From Candidatus Daviesbacteria bacterium (GTDB lineage: Bacteria; Patescibacteriota; Microgenomatia; Daviesbacterales; UBA10151), in contig JACOXH010000010.1 of assembly GCA_016176415.1 (NCBI GenBank), positions 4,247-68,246 of the forward strand: a DNA stretch of 64,000 nucleotides, in the 5' to 3' direction. The translations under genes were made by a program, and so were the position numbers. The first letter of the stretch is position 1. Each line of letters begins with the position of its first letter. This document shows positions 19,612-29,981 of this stretch, in pieces. The notes below the pieces were generated by a model, which did no database searches, was not told the DNA's origin, and saw nothing but the letters and a program-made list of their open reading frames with translations.

Positions 19612-20898
19612 TTATTTTAAATATTTATCCAAAACCTGCTTGACTCCCTGATTAACTGTCCCTAAAGCTGACTGGGCATCAGAACCTGCCAAGACTGCAT
19701 TAATCCCGTCTTCCCAGTATTTAATCATTTCATCATTAATACCTCCGTCATATGTATTTGAAGAAAGATACCAAAACTTATAGATTGGCCCTTGAGTAAC
19801 AAATGCTCCAACTGCCGGATCTTGAGCCAATTCATTGTTTAAACTGGTTAAAGAATAAGGTTCGCCAAACAATCGTATCTGGGAAGCCTGTTGAAAGAGT
19901 AGTTTTTGAGCTTGGGCAGAAGTTAAAAATTTAACAAACTTCCATGCTTCCAAAGGATTTTGGGAATTTTTAGATACTGCTTCACCCCAAAATGAAGCCC
20001 AGGCCACACTTTTTCCTGACAGTTGTGGCACAGAGGCTACTTTAAATTTTAAATCCGGGTTGGCTACCCGAAGCTCATGTGCCCTCCATGATGGCGCAAA
20101 ATAAAAAGCCAACCTGCCAGAGGCAAACATATCTGTGGATTTAGGTAAAGTTGTATCCCAAACCTTTTTTCTCGGGTCTGTCACAAAACCTGTATAAAAC
20201 TTTAAAATTTCAGCAACCTGAGTGCTTACTACATTATTAAAATCCACTCCCGGTTGTTGATATAAAAGCAAGCCAATAATGTCTGACCAGTGGTCAACAT
20301 TGCCCGCAGTTCCCATGGCTGCTCCGGCAGTTTTAATACCTGTTGCGTCTTTGACCGTCATTTTAGTAGCCAGATCTATAAACTCCTGCCAGTTTTTAGG
20401 GGGCTTTCCTCCGACCCCGTTTAGCATTTCTTCATTGTAGTAAAGCGCCAGTCCGTCTATTTCCATGGGAGCTGCTAAAATTTGATTATCTTTTATAAAA
20501 GCATCAGCAGCTACCGGATAAAACATGTTTTTAAAATCTGCTACAGTCATTATTTCTTTGGGTGCAGGAGCGAGATCAGAGACAAACATGGGCAGCCAGG
20601 AGTTATGAATTCTGAAAATATCAGGACCCACCCCTTCTCTTACTTGAGTTTGGGCACGGGTTCTGTAGTTTACAGAGGACTTACGTTCATAACTAATAAT
20701 AATATTGGGATTTTGTCTTTGATATTCCGCAACTAAAGGCTTGATCAAATTATCATCTTCCCACAGCCCCCAATAGGTTAAGGTTATCGGACCCTGAGGT
20801 TTAGGCTTGTTAAAAAGGGAGATAGAAGGCCCAAATTTCCAGTAGGCAAACCCCAAAACGATACTCAAAGATAAAACAATGATAAGGATTTTCTTCAT
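19612..20898 (-). CDS. ABC-transporter extracellular solute-binding protein (family 1, sugar-type)
   Basis: Signal/anchor MKKILIIVLSLSIVLGFAYW followed by a family-1 SBP-like body (LTYWGLWEDD..., FYFAPSWR). The start is set at the ATG at 20896-20898. The track's upstream 24 codons read through a repeat. No permease or ATPase gene is adjacent. Confidence 0.75.
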   Translation of the reverse strand: MKKILIIVLSLSIVLGFAYWKFGPSISLFNKPKPQGPITLTYWGLWEDDNLIKPLVAEYQRQNPNIIISYERKSSVNYRTRAQTQVREGVGPDIFRIHNSWLPMFVSDLAPAPKEIMTVADFKNMFYPVAADAFIKDNQILAAPMEIDGLALYYNEEMLNGVGGKPPKNWQEFIDLATKMTVKDATGIKTAGAAMGTAGNVDHWSDIIGLLLYQQPGVDFNNVVSTQVAEILKFYTGFVTDPRKKVWDTTLPKSTDMFASGRLAFYFAPSWRAHELRVANPDLKFKVASVPQLSGKSVAWASFWGEAVSKNSQNPLEAWKFVKFLTSAQAQKLLFQQASQIRLFGEPYSLTSLNNELAQDPAVGAFVTQGPIYKFWYLSSNTYDGGINDEMIKYWEDGINAVLAGSDAQSALGTVNQGVKQVLDKYLK

Positions 20899-20902
20899 GA
20901 AA

Positions 20903-20968
20903 GAGATCCTTCGTCGCCAATCGCTCCTCAGGATGACAAAGTGTGTTTGCAAGTATACACACTTTGTC
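20903..20968. repeat. Right-half family-A element plus 12-bp-stem hairpin, abutting a start codon
   Basis: GAGATCCTTCGTCGCCAATCGCTCCTCAGGATGACAA is followed by the hairpin GACAAAGTGTGT-ttgcaagtat-ACACACTTTGTC. The same arrangement occurs at 35191-35250. Confidence 0.65.
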
Positions 20969-20998
20969 AATTATACCTCAAAACTGTACAATACAACC

Positions 20999-22813
20999 GT
21001 GGCCAAATCCAAAGCTAAAAAAGCTCCCAGTTTTTTAAAAAGACTAATACAAATTGTTTTATCGCAAAGCGTCAAGCTTGGCTTATCTTTACTGCTTTTG
21101 GTGTTAGCTTTTTTTGCCTATCAACAGTTTATTTCAAATAAGTTTTACCCTCTTACCTTTGTGGGGAATACTAATATTTCGCTTTTGACCCAAAGCCAGG
21201 CTACCAGAAAAGTCCAGGGTAATTTTCAAAAAAGGTCAAATCAAAAATTACAGTTTAACTCCCCCCAAAATTCTTTTACCATAGATCTGGCTACTTCTTC
21301 CGCTTCTTTAGATTATTCCCTAATTGCCCAACAGTTTACAGATGCTCATAATTTACCCTTCAGCCGCAGGTTGTTAATACAACTTAAAACTCTTTTTTCT
21401 CCCATTAATATTCAGCCTGGAATTACTATAACTTTAGATAAACAGCTGGACACTATTGCCAAAGCTATAGATAAAGCACCTCAAGATGCCCAACTGATTT
21501 TTGATGAAAACCCCGCTACTTCTTCAGCAAGCATTCAAATTAAAGAGGGAGAAAATGGGGTTTCTTTGGATAAAGATTCTACTAAAGCACAAATTAACAT
21601 GTATCTTCTAACAGGCAAATATCAAAACTGGCTGCCTTTAAAAGTTACAAATCCGAAAATCACCACTGCCCGGGTAGTGGCTGCAAAAACAGCTTTGGAG
21701 GAAGTAACCAAGGAACCGATAAAATTAACCTTTGACCAAAAAGAATGGACTATTGATGTAAAACAACTGCTGACACTTTTGGATTTAACAAGGGGCGGCT
21801 TCGCCACTAAAGGCGGCTTCGCCACTAAAGGCGCTGATTCACTTTTGGACAGAGATCAGACATTCTTTTATTTAAAAAAGATTGCCTCAGAAATAGATCA
21901 GGAAGTACAGGAAGGTTTATTTGAGTTTAATCCTAATACTAAAAGAGTTACTGCTTTCAAACCTTCACAGGAAGGCAGAAAATTAGATGCGCAAAAAGCA
22001 GTTGATTTAATTTCTGATGCTGTTACTAAAACTTCTTCCAAAACTGTTGCCTTACCTGTTGAAGTAATAAAACCTAAAATTGCCACCTCTGATGTAAACA
22101 GTTTGGGGATTAAAGAGTTAGTGGGCAGAGGTGTTTCGAATTTTGCAGGATCAATTGCTAACAGAATTTACAATGTAAATTTGGCTGCTTCCAGGATTAA
22201 CGGGGTATTAATTGCTCCGGGGCAGGTTTTTTCCTTCAACCAGACAGTGGGAGATATAACAGAGGCCACAGGTTTTAAAAAAGCCTATGTTATTAAAGAA
22301 GGAAGGACTGTTTTGGATGATGGAGGAGGAGTTTGTCAGGTTTCCACGACCATCTTCAGGGCTGTGTTAAATGCAGGATTGCCGGTAGTTAAAAGAACAG
22401 CCCATGCTTACAGAGTCAGCTACTACGAACAGGGTTTTCCTCCGGGACTTGACGCTACTGTTTTTTATCCTAGTGTTGATTTTCAGTTTAAAAATGACAC
22501 AGGATCACATTTATTAATTCGGGCTTACACAGTAGGCACTACTTTGTATGTGGATTTATATGGCACAACTGATGGCAGAGTAGTTAATTTAACAACACCT
22601 GTTGTTACAAATCAAGCTCCCCCTCCGCCGGAATTAAGGCAGGATGACCCAACTTTACCCAAAGGCACTATAAAGCAGGTAGACTGGGCAGCCTGGGGAG
22701 CAACAGTATCTTTTCAAAGAACAGTTACAAGAAATGCGGAAACACTGATTAACGAGACATGGCGATCGAACTTCAAACCCTGGCAGGCTGTTTATCTGGT
22801 AGGAACACAGTGA
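20999..22813 (+). CDS. VanW-family protein with C-terminal G5-like domain
   Basis: TM anchor (VKLGLSLLLLVLAFFAY), VanW core GGGVCQVSTTIFRAVLNAGLPVVKRTAHAYRVSYYE, and a G5-like C-terminus (PTLPKGTIKQVDWAAWGATVSF). The in-frame GTG at 20999 is preferred. It is preceded by TTGTCA (20964-20969), a 17-nt spacer and TACAAT (20987-20992). Confidence 0.75.
   Translation: MAKSKAKKAPSFLKRLIQIVLSQSVKLGLSLLLLVLAFFAYQQFISNKFYPLTFVGNTNISLLTQSQATRKVQGNFQKRSNQKLQFNSPQNSFTIDLATSSASLDYSLIAQQFTDAHNLPFSRRLLIQLKTLFSPINIQPGITITLDKQLDTIAKAIDKAPQDAQLIFDENPATSSASIQIKEGENGVSLDKDSTKAQINMYLLTGKYQNWLPLKVTNPKITTARVVAAKTALEEVTKEPIKLTFDQKEWTIDVKQLLTLLDLTRGGFATKGGFATKGADSLLDRDQTFFYLKKIASEIDQEVQEGLFEFNPNTKRVTAFKPSQEGRKLDAQKAVDLISDAVTKTSSKTVALPVEVIKPKIATSDVNSLGIKELVGRGVSNFAGSIANRIYNVNLAASRINGVLIAPGQVFSFNQTVGDITEATGFKKAYVIKEGRTVLDDGGGVCQVSTTIFRAVLNAGLPVVKRTAHAYRVSYYEQGFPPGLDATVFYPSVDFQFKNDTGSHLLIRAYTVGTTLYVDLYGTTDGRVVNLTTPVVTNQAPPPPELRQDDPTLPKGTIKQVDWAAWGATVSFQRTVTRNAETLINETWRSNFKPWQAVYLVGTQ
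21794..21829 (+). repeat. Perfect 2 x 18-bp tandem duplication inside the VanW gene
   Basis: GGCGGCTTCGCCACTAAA occurs twice in tandem and encodes GGFATKGGFATK. Confidence 0.9.
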
Positions 22814-22863
22814 CAACAAGTCAAGGTTCCGAGCGAAGCGAGGGTTCTTATTTGGTAGGAACA
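22792..22863 (+). repeat. 16-nt direct repeats flanking a 40-bp family-A-like core at the VanW 3' end
   Basis: TTATCTGGTAGGAACA (22792-22807) and TTATTTGGTAGGAACA (22848-22863) bracket cagtgacaacaagtcaaggTTCCGAGCGAAGCGAGGgttc. Confidence 0.6.
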
Positions 22864-23074
22864 AAAGGTAATTAGTTTACTAAAAACTTGACAAGTTGGC
22901 AAAAATTATTTTATTGTTAAATTGTCCTACTGATGCATAAGTTGGACTTACCTAGGGACATTGTGTGTTTTGAGGTATTTTAAAAAAATACTTCAGCAGA
23001 AAGACCTGTTTCAAGACAGGCCTTTTTGTTTTTTCCCCTTTACGATAATCTCTTAACGATATACCATTATCTGG

Positions 23075-24000
23075 ATGATTACAGTTACCGGCTCGCTTGC
23101 TTTTGATCATATTATGGATTTCCCAGGGAAATTTGCTGACCACATCATGCCTGATAAAATTCACCAGCTGAATTTGTCATTTTTGGTCAATACTTTAAGC
23201 AAACAAAGAGGGGGAACAGCAGGAAATATTGCCTACAACTTAGCCCTTTTAAAAACCCCTGTTTCAATAGTAGGAGCTGTTGGGGTGGACTTTCTGGATT
23301 ATGCCAAGTTTTTGCAAAGTACAGGTGTTGATATTTCCCAAATTAAAACTATAGAAAAAATTTAACATCTTCTGCTTTTATTATGACTGATAAAGCTGAT
23401 AATCAAATTACTGCCTTTTACCCGGGAGCCATGGATCACGCTGCTGCTTTATCTTTAAACTCCCCTGCTGATTTTGCAGTAATCTCCCCTAATAATCCTC
23501 AGGCTATGGTTAATTTCACCCTTCAGTGCCAAAAAAATAAAATCCCTTACATACTTGATCCGGGAATGCAGCTGCCTGCATTATCTCCTGAAGATCTGCA
23601 AAATATGATCAAAGGGGCCGAGATTCTAATTGGCAATGATTATGAAATGGAATTATTAAGTACTAAGATCCAAGTACCAAGTACCAAATTATTGGAGGAA
23701 GTAAAAATTTTAATTACCACCTTGGGAGAAAAAGGCTCGATCATTCAAACTAAAGAGCAAACTCTGCAAATCAATGCCGGTAAAGTTATCCAAGCTGTTG
23801 ATCCTACAGGAGCAGGAGATGCTTACAGGGCAGGTTTTTTGGCAGGCTACAGTAAAAATATGGATTTAAAAATCTGCGGGCAAATGGGTTCTGTTGCTGC
23901 TTGTTATGCAGTAGAAATTTATGGTACAACTAATCACACTTTTGATTTACAACAATTTAAACAAAGGTACAAAGATAATTTTGGAGAGGAACTGAATTTA

Positions 24001-24015
<15 letters not shown>
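23075..24015 (+). pseudogene. PfkB-family (adenosine/ribo-kinase-like) kinase, interrupted by a frameshift at an A7 run
   Basis: ORF 23075-23365 holds the N-terminal third (GGTAGNIAYNLALL). ORF 23383-24015 holds the rest (DPTGAGDAYRAGFLAGY) in the -1 frame. That second frame is already open from 23347 (NYRKNLTSSAFIMTDKADNQITAFYPGA). The frames meet at gaaaaaa (23354-23360). Confidence 0.7.
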
Positions 24016-25665
<1,650 letters not shown>

Positions 25666-25683
25666 CTCCTTTCAAAAATAACC

Positions 25684-25711
25684 ATCAAAAAACCTCTTCT
25701 AAAGAGAGGTT
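25684..25711 (-). terminator. Intrinsic-terminator-like hairpin on the minus strand
   Basis: The minus strand reads AACCTCT-ctttaga-AGAGGTT followed by TTTTTGAT. It sits about 19 nt upstream of the SD of the 112-aa gene. Confidence 0.5.
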
Positions 25712-25903
25712 AAATTCGTTTTTTCCTTCGACTACGCTTAGGACTAATCCTCCCTTTCGGGCTTGGGTTTAGCACCCAATCACGACTTCTTCATTCGCTT
25801 AGGCTATAGCCCTGAGCGAGCGAAGCATTTAAACCTAAGCATATTTTTTGTCAAGACCTTGACAGTAAGTTTTGACATATGCATACTGATATAGCCCGTC
25901 TGT

Positions 25904-27715
25904 ATGCTCCAAACAAAAGAAGCCAAACATTATCAGCTTGCTTCGAAACCAGACAATAAAGCTACCCTTACTCCGAATACCGCTTCCCGAGTTTGCGCCT
26001 ATTTTTGTATGGAATATGGTGTTGGACCAGAATTGCCAATTTATTCCGGAGGCTTAGGAATTTTAGCTGGTGACCATTTAAAAGCTGCAAGTGATTTGGG
26101 AATCCCTTTAGTAGGAGTAGGACTTTTTTACCATCACGGTTATTTCAGACAGGAAATCAATCCTGACGGCTGGCAAATAGAAAAATATCCGCTGGTAGAT
26201 CCGGAGACTGGAGGTCTTCAAACATTAGTAAATGCTCAAAATAAACCTGTTTCAGTTGCTGTGGATATTGAAGACAGAGCTGTTAACATCCAGGCTCACT
26301 TAAAACAAGTTGGCACAGTTCCCTTAATTCTTCTGACAACCAATGTAGAAAGTAACTGTCCCGAAGACCAAATGATTACTGCTCACTTATACGGAGCAGC
26401 ATACAAAGGAGACACGCAAACCAGAATCAGACAGGAGATGGTTTTAGGTATGGGCGGCAAGAAAATGTTAGACAAACTGGGCTTTAGCGTAGGAGTGTAT
26501 CACATGAATGAAGGGCACTCTGCTTTTTTGACCATTGCCAGAGTTGAAGAGTTAGTTAGGGAAGGTATGCATGTAGAAGAAGCCTTGCTGCGGGTGCGCG
26601 CTAATCAAATTTTCACCAACCACACACCGGTACCTGCAGGTAACGATATATTTGAGCAAGGCGTACTAAAACAAGAGCTCAAACCTGTTATATTTACACT
26701 GGGCCAGGGATTTGCTGCACTTCAGGAAAAAGCAAATCATATTCCTGATGCACCCCGGGGCACTTGGTCTCAGGCAAGGTTTGCCCTGTCAAATTCCGCA
26801 AACACTAATGCCGTCAGCAGACTCCATGCAGAAACAATGGCCAAAGCCTGGGGTCAGGACAAGGTGGATTATGTAACCAACGGCGTGCATCACAGTTGGA
26901 TGGATGAAGATATCAAACAAATGATTGATCCTGATCAGAAAAGGTTTGTTAAAAACCATATAGATCCTGATTATTTAAAAGAAAGGATGACAGATATTGA
27001 TTTAGGACAATTCCGGCATCTACGGGGAAGAAAACGTCTGACATTAGTTAATTTTGCCCATGAGTATAGCGAAAAACCTTATTTTGACCCTGAAGTATTA
27101 ACTGTAGGCTTTGCCAGACGCGCAGCCACCTACAAAAGACTGGACTTACTTTCTACAGATCCTGACCGCCTACTTAAGCTTATTACTGATCCGGACTATC
27201 CTGTTCAAATCATCATGGCCGCCAAAGCCCACCCTCAAGACGAGGATGGAAAAGAAGTCATTCAAAGAATGGTTCGCCTTGGACGCGATCCTAAATTTAA
27301 GCGCAATGTCCTTTTTATTCCTGATTACGATAGCCGCATAGCCAAAACTTTGGTTACAGGTTCAGATGTCTGGATGAATGTACCTATGAAACCACAAGAG
27401 GCTTCAGCAACCAGCGGAATGAAAAGCGGAATTAACGGAGGAAGACAATGGTCTGTTGACGATGGCTGGATGAATGAGGTGCCTGACAGATATTATTTTA
27501 AGATTGAAGACGATTTAAATCCCGGTGTGGTAGCAACCAGAATGTATGATATGCTTGGGAACATAATTGCTCCACAATTTTATAGCTCAAAAGGTCAGTC
27601 TGATGGATGGTTAAGACAAACACTGGCTTCTATGGAATATATTATTAGTCATTTTAGCGCTCAAAGAATGGTACAAGGATATAACACAAGATTCTATCAG
27701 CCCTTAATGAGATAA
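25904..27715 (+). CDS. glgP: Alpha-glucan (glycogen/maltodextrin) phosphorylase, GT35 short family
   Basis: AYFCMEYGV, YSGGLGILAGDHLKAASDLGIPLVGVGLFY, and the PLP-lysine region EASATSGMKSGINGG. A candidate promoter is TTGACA (25859-25864), 17-nt spacer, CATACT (25882-25887). Confidence 0.88.
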   Translation: MLQTKEAKHYQLASKPDNKATLTPNTASRVCAYFCMEYGVGPELPIYSGGLGILAGDHLKAASDLGIPLVGVGLFYHHGYFRQEINPDGWQIEKYPLVDPETGGLQTLVNAQNKPVSVAVDIEDRAVNIQAHLKQVGTVPLILLTTNVESNCPEDQMITAHLYGAAYKGDTQTRIRQEMVLGMGGKKMLDKLGFSVGVYHMNEGHSAFLTIARVEELVREGMHVEEALLRVRANQIFTNHTPVPAGNDIFEQGVLKQELKPVIFTLGQGFAALQEKANHIPDAPRGTWSQARFALSNSANTNAVSRLHAETMAKAWGQDKVDYVTNGVHHSWMDEDIKQMIDPDQKRFVKNHIDPDYLKERMTDIDLGQFRHLRGRKRLTLVNFAHEYSEKPYFDPEVLTVGFARRAATYKRLDLLSTDPDRLLKLITDPDYPVQIIMAAKAHPQDEDGKEVIQRMVRLGRDPKFKRNVLFIPDYDSRIAKTLVTGSDVWMNVPMKPQEASATSGMKSGINGGRQWSVDDGWMNEVPDRYYFKIEDDLNPGVVATRMYDMLGNIIAPQFYSSKGQSDGWLRQTLASMEYIISHFSAQRMVQGYNTRFYQPLMR

Positions 27716-27778
27716 ATATATGTGGTTCTTCAAGACACAGAGTGTCGCAAAAAACCAACATTTTATTTCAAATAAACT

Positions 27779-28339
27779 ATGAGATTCTTTATTGCCCTTG
27801 AAATACCAAATGAGAATAAGCCGGAGTTTCAGGCTATTCAGCAGAAATTGAGTATACTAATTCCTCAGGCCAGACGGATGGATACAGAAAAGATTCACCT
27901 GACTTTGGCCTTTATTGGTGAGCAACCTGATGAGTTAAAAGACAAACTGATTCAAGTCATCCAAAATGCAGTTAAAGAAATCTCCCCATTTGAAATTACT
28001 CCGGCCTACATTGATGGCTTCCCCACTTTACATAACCCCAGAGTTTTATGGGTGGGGGTAAAAGGTGATATAGATAAATTATTTTTGGTAGCAGAGAGAA
28101 TTAAAGATGAACTTTCCTATTTAAATTTACCTGTTGATGAAAGGCGTTTTACTCCTCATATATCCATTGCTAAATTAAATAACAATTTTCAAATAGACAG
28201 AGAATTGGAAGAAAAACTGGAAAAAATTGCAACTGATAACTTTGCTCCCATTAAAATTTCTTCTATAAAACTTTTTGAATCAGCCCCTGACGGAGGCCTT
28301 CATAAACACAACACTTTAGCTGAAGTTTCTTTGGGTTAA
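27779..28339 (+). CDS. thpR: RNA 2',3'-cyclic phosphodiesterase (2H family, ThpR/LigT)
   Basis: Two HxT/S motifs: HLTLAFIG and HISIAK. Confidence 0.85.
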   Translation: MRFFIALEIPNENKPEFQAIQQKLSILIPQARRMDTEKIHLTLAFIGEQPDELKDKLIQVIQNAVKEISPFEITPAYIDGFPTLHNPRVLWVGVKGDIDKLFLVAERIKDELSYLNLPVDERRFTPHISIAKLNNNFQIDRELEEKLEKIATDNFAPIKISSIKLFESAPDGGLHKHNTLAEVSLG

Positions 28340-29262
28340 AAAGGTAAATCTGATTTTTCTTCAGCAGTTTTAACAGGGGTTGATCCTCCAAGCCAGCCTG
28401 CTACCTGAATTTGAGCAATCCACTGATTCCTTTGAGAAGATTTGCAAACCTTGCAAAAATCCTTCTCGCAAAAACTCAACTCGGAGGTTCGCAAAATTCT
28501 GTCTATTTTGTCTTTAAAAAAGGCTTCCAGATTTGGCATATTAGCTAAATCAAATTCTTCATAAAAAGACTCCTCTTTAGGGCTTAGCCAAAACTTCACC
28601 TTAAAACGGGCCTTTGAATACCCCATCTCTTTTAATTCTCTGGCACAAAGTAATGTATAAACTTTGGGCATCAGGTCCATGTCCATTTTGGCCTGATCTG
28701 CAGGATTTTCCCTGTACTTGTAGTCCACAATTTCAGGCACCCCATCCTCCCCCAATTCAATAACATCAGGTGCTCCCCATATTTGCACAGGTTGAGGGGT
28801 GGTTTGGATCACATAGGCCCAAAAGGGTTTTAATTTCCTCATTATATAAGTGGGTACCATAGGTTTGTATTTGCCACCAACAGCTTGGTGATAATCTTTA
28901 AAAACTTCTTTTGCAGTAATCACCACTTCATCTGTTAAAAAAGGAGGCAATGCGCCAAAAAAAGAATTTTTTCCTCTTTTTTCTGCCTCGTTTTTGATGT
29001 CAATTCTGGCTGCTTCAATCAGCTTTAACAACTCTTCAACAGGCAGGTTTTGCATATTGTTTTGGTGAAGTTTTTTAATGGCCAAATCCAGCAAAGAACC
29101 AATAGTCTGATTGGCATTACCTTCTGCCAGTTCATATTTTTTCTGCAGGTGGTGATTTACAAAAAATTTAAACACACATCTACCAAAATCGTGTAAGTCT
29201 CCCAAAGAAAAAGAATGAGTACGGGGAATACTGTCCCAGGCCATACTCCAGTATGGACACAA
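28336..29262 (-). CDS. PD-(D/E)XK nuclease with Cas4/AddB-like Cys cluster
   Basis: One N-terminal Cys (GRCVFKF), the core D...EIVDYKY, and a C-terminal CEKDFCKVC. This is the typical one-plus-three Cys arrangement of Cas4/RecB-family Fe-S nucleases. No CRISPR or cas genes are nearby. Confidence 0.6.
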   Translation of the reverse strand: MCPYWSMAWDSIPRTHSFSLGDLHDFGRCVFKFFVNHHLQKKYELAEGNANQTIGSLLDLAIKKLHQNNMQNLPVEELLKLIEAARIDIKNEAEKRGKNSFFGALPPFLTDEVVITAKEVFKDYHQAVGGKYKPMVPTYIMRKLKPFWAYVIQTTPQPVQIWGAPDVIELGEDGVPEIVDYKYRENPADQAKMDMDLMPKVYTLLCARELKEMGYSKARFKVKFWLSPKEESFYEEFDLANMPNLEAFFKDKIDRILRTSELSFCEKDFCKVCKSSQRNQWIAQIQVAGWLGGSTPVKTAEEKSDLPF

Positions 29263-29312
29263 AAAAGCACATTAAACAATATAGGATTTCTATAACAATT
29301 AAGATCAATTCC

Positions 29313-29346
29313 TGTCAGTACATTGTCAGTACATTTGTGGTATAAT
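29313..29346 (+). promoter_or_regulatory. Candidate promoter/operator of the TA operon
   Basis: Perfect tandem direct repeat TGTCAGTACAT x2 (29313-29323 and 29324-29334), followed 6 nt later by TATAAT (29341-29346) and the ATG at 29353. Confidence 0.55.
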
Positions 29347-29352
29347 TAAAAT

Positions 29353-29592
29353 ATGAGAAAAGTATTTAAAAACGGCAATTCACTGGCAGTCACGGTCCCA
29401 AAAGCTTATGCCCATCAGCTCTCTATTAAGGCTGGATCACAGGTAGAATGGAAACCGGCTGAAGAAGGAATACTCTTAACTACTAAAAGAACCGGCAAAA
29501 AGCCTACTGACATTGACCCGCAAGTAGCGAAGATTATCAAAAAACTCTCAAAGAAATACGCAGGAGTATGGCAAGATCTCGCAAGAGTGTAA
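29353..29592 (+). CDS. AbrB/MazE/SpoVT-fold antitoxin
   Basis: MRKVFKNGNSLAVTVPKAYAHQLSIKAGSQVEW is a swapped-hairpin DNA-binding motif. The gene overlaps the doc toxin gene by 25 nt. Confidence 0.8.
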   Translation: MRKVFKNGNSLAVTVPKAYAHQLSIKAGSQVEWKPAEEGILLTTKRTGKKPTDIDPQVAKIIKKLSKKYAGVWQDLARV

Positions 29593-29981
29593 TCCACTAT
29601 TTATCTGAGGCGGAGGTAATCGCTATCAATGAAGAGATGGTTTCCTGCTTTGGTGGAATGCACGGCGTCAGAGATTTGCATATACTCAAATCAGCTATAG
29701 GCAGACCTCAAATGTCAGTCGGATTCCAGGATGCCTACAAGTCCATTTTTGATAAAGCTGCTGCTCTTTTGCATTCAATAATTAACAACCACCCTTTTTT
29801 GGATGGCAACAAAAGAACTTCTCTTTTATCTGCTATTACCTTTTTGGGAGCCAATAAATGGTTTGTAAAATTTAAAAGAAAAGAAGCGGTCAAATTTACC
29901 AGAAAAGTACATGATCAAGATTACACTGTAGAACAAATCTCCAAATGGCTGGAAAGACATTCTGTTAAAATATCATCATGA
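29568..29981 (+). CDS. doc: Doc (death-on-curing) Fic-fold toxin
   Basis: Fic/Doc motif HPFLDGNKRTS. About 137 aa, located downstream of the antitoxin. Confidence 0.85.
   Translation: MARSRKSVIHYLSEAEVIAINEEMVSCFGGMHGVRDLHILKSAIGRPQMSVGFQDAYKSIFDKAAALLHSIINNHPFLDGNKRTSLLSAITFLGANKWFVKFKRKEAVKFTRKVHDQDYTVEQISKWLERHSVKISS

Noticed and set aside
20879-20998. 5' extensions of the VanW ORF (from 20879) and of the solute-binding-protein ORF (up to 20970)
   Set aside because: Both extensions overlap each other on opposite strands and read through a repeat element and hairpin. The internal starts (GTG 20999 and ATG 20898), which precede signal or anchor sequences, are more plausible.
21794-21829. 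Perfect 18-bp tandem duplication (GGFATK x2) in the VanW gene
   Set aside because: It is real and is listed as a feature. It looks like a simple slipped-strand duplication in a linker, and I see no reason to attach function to it.
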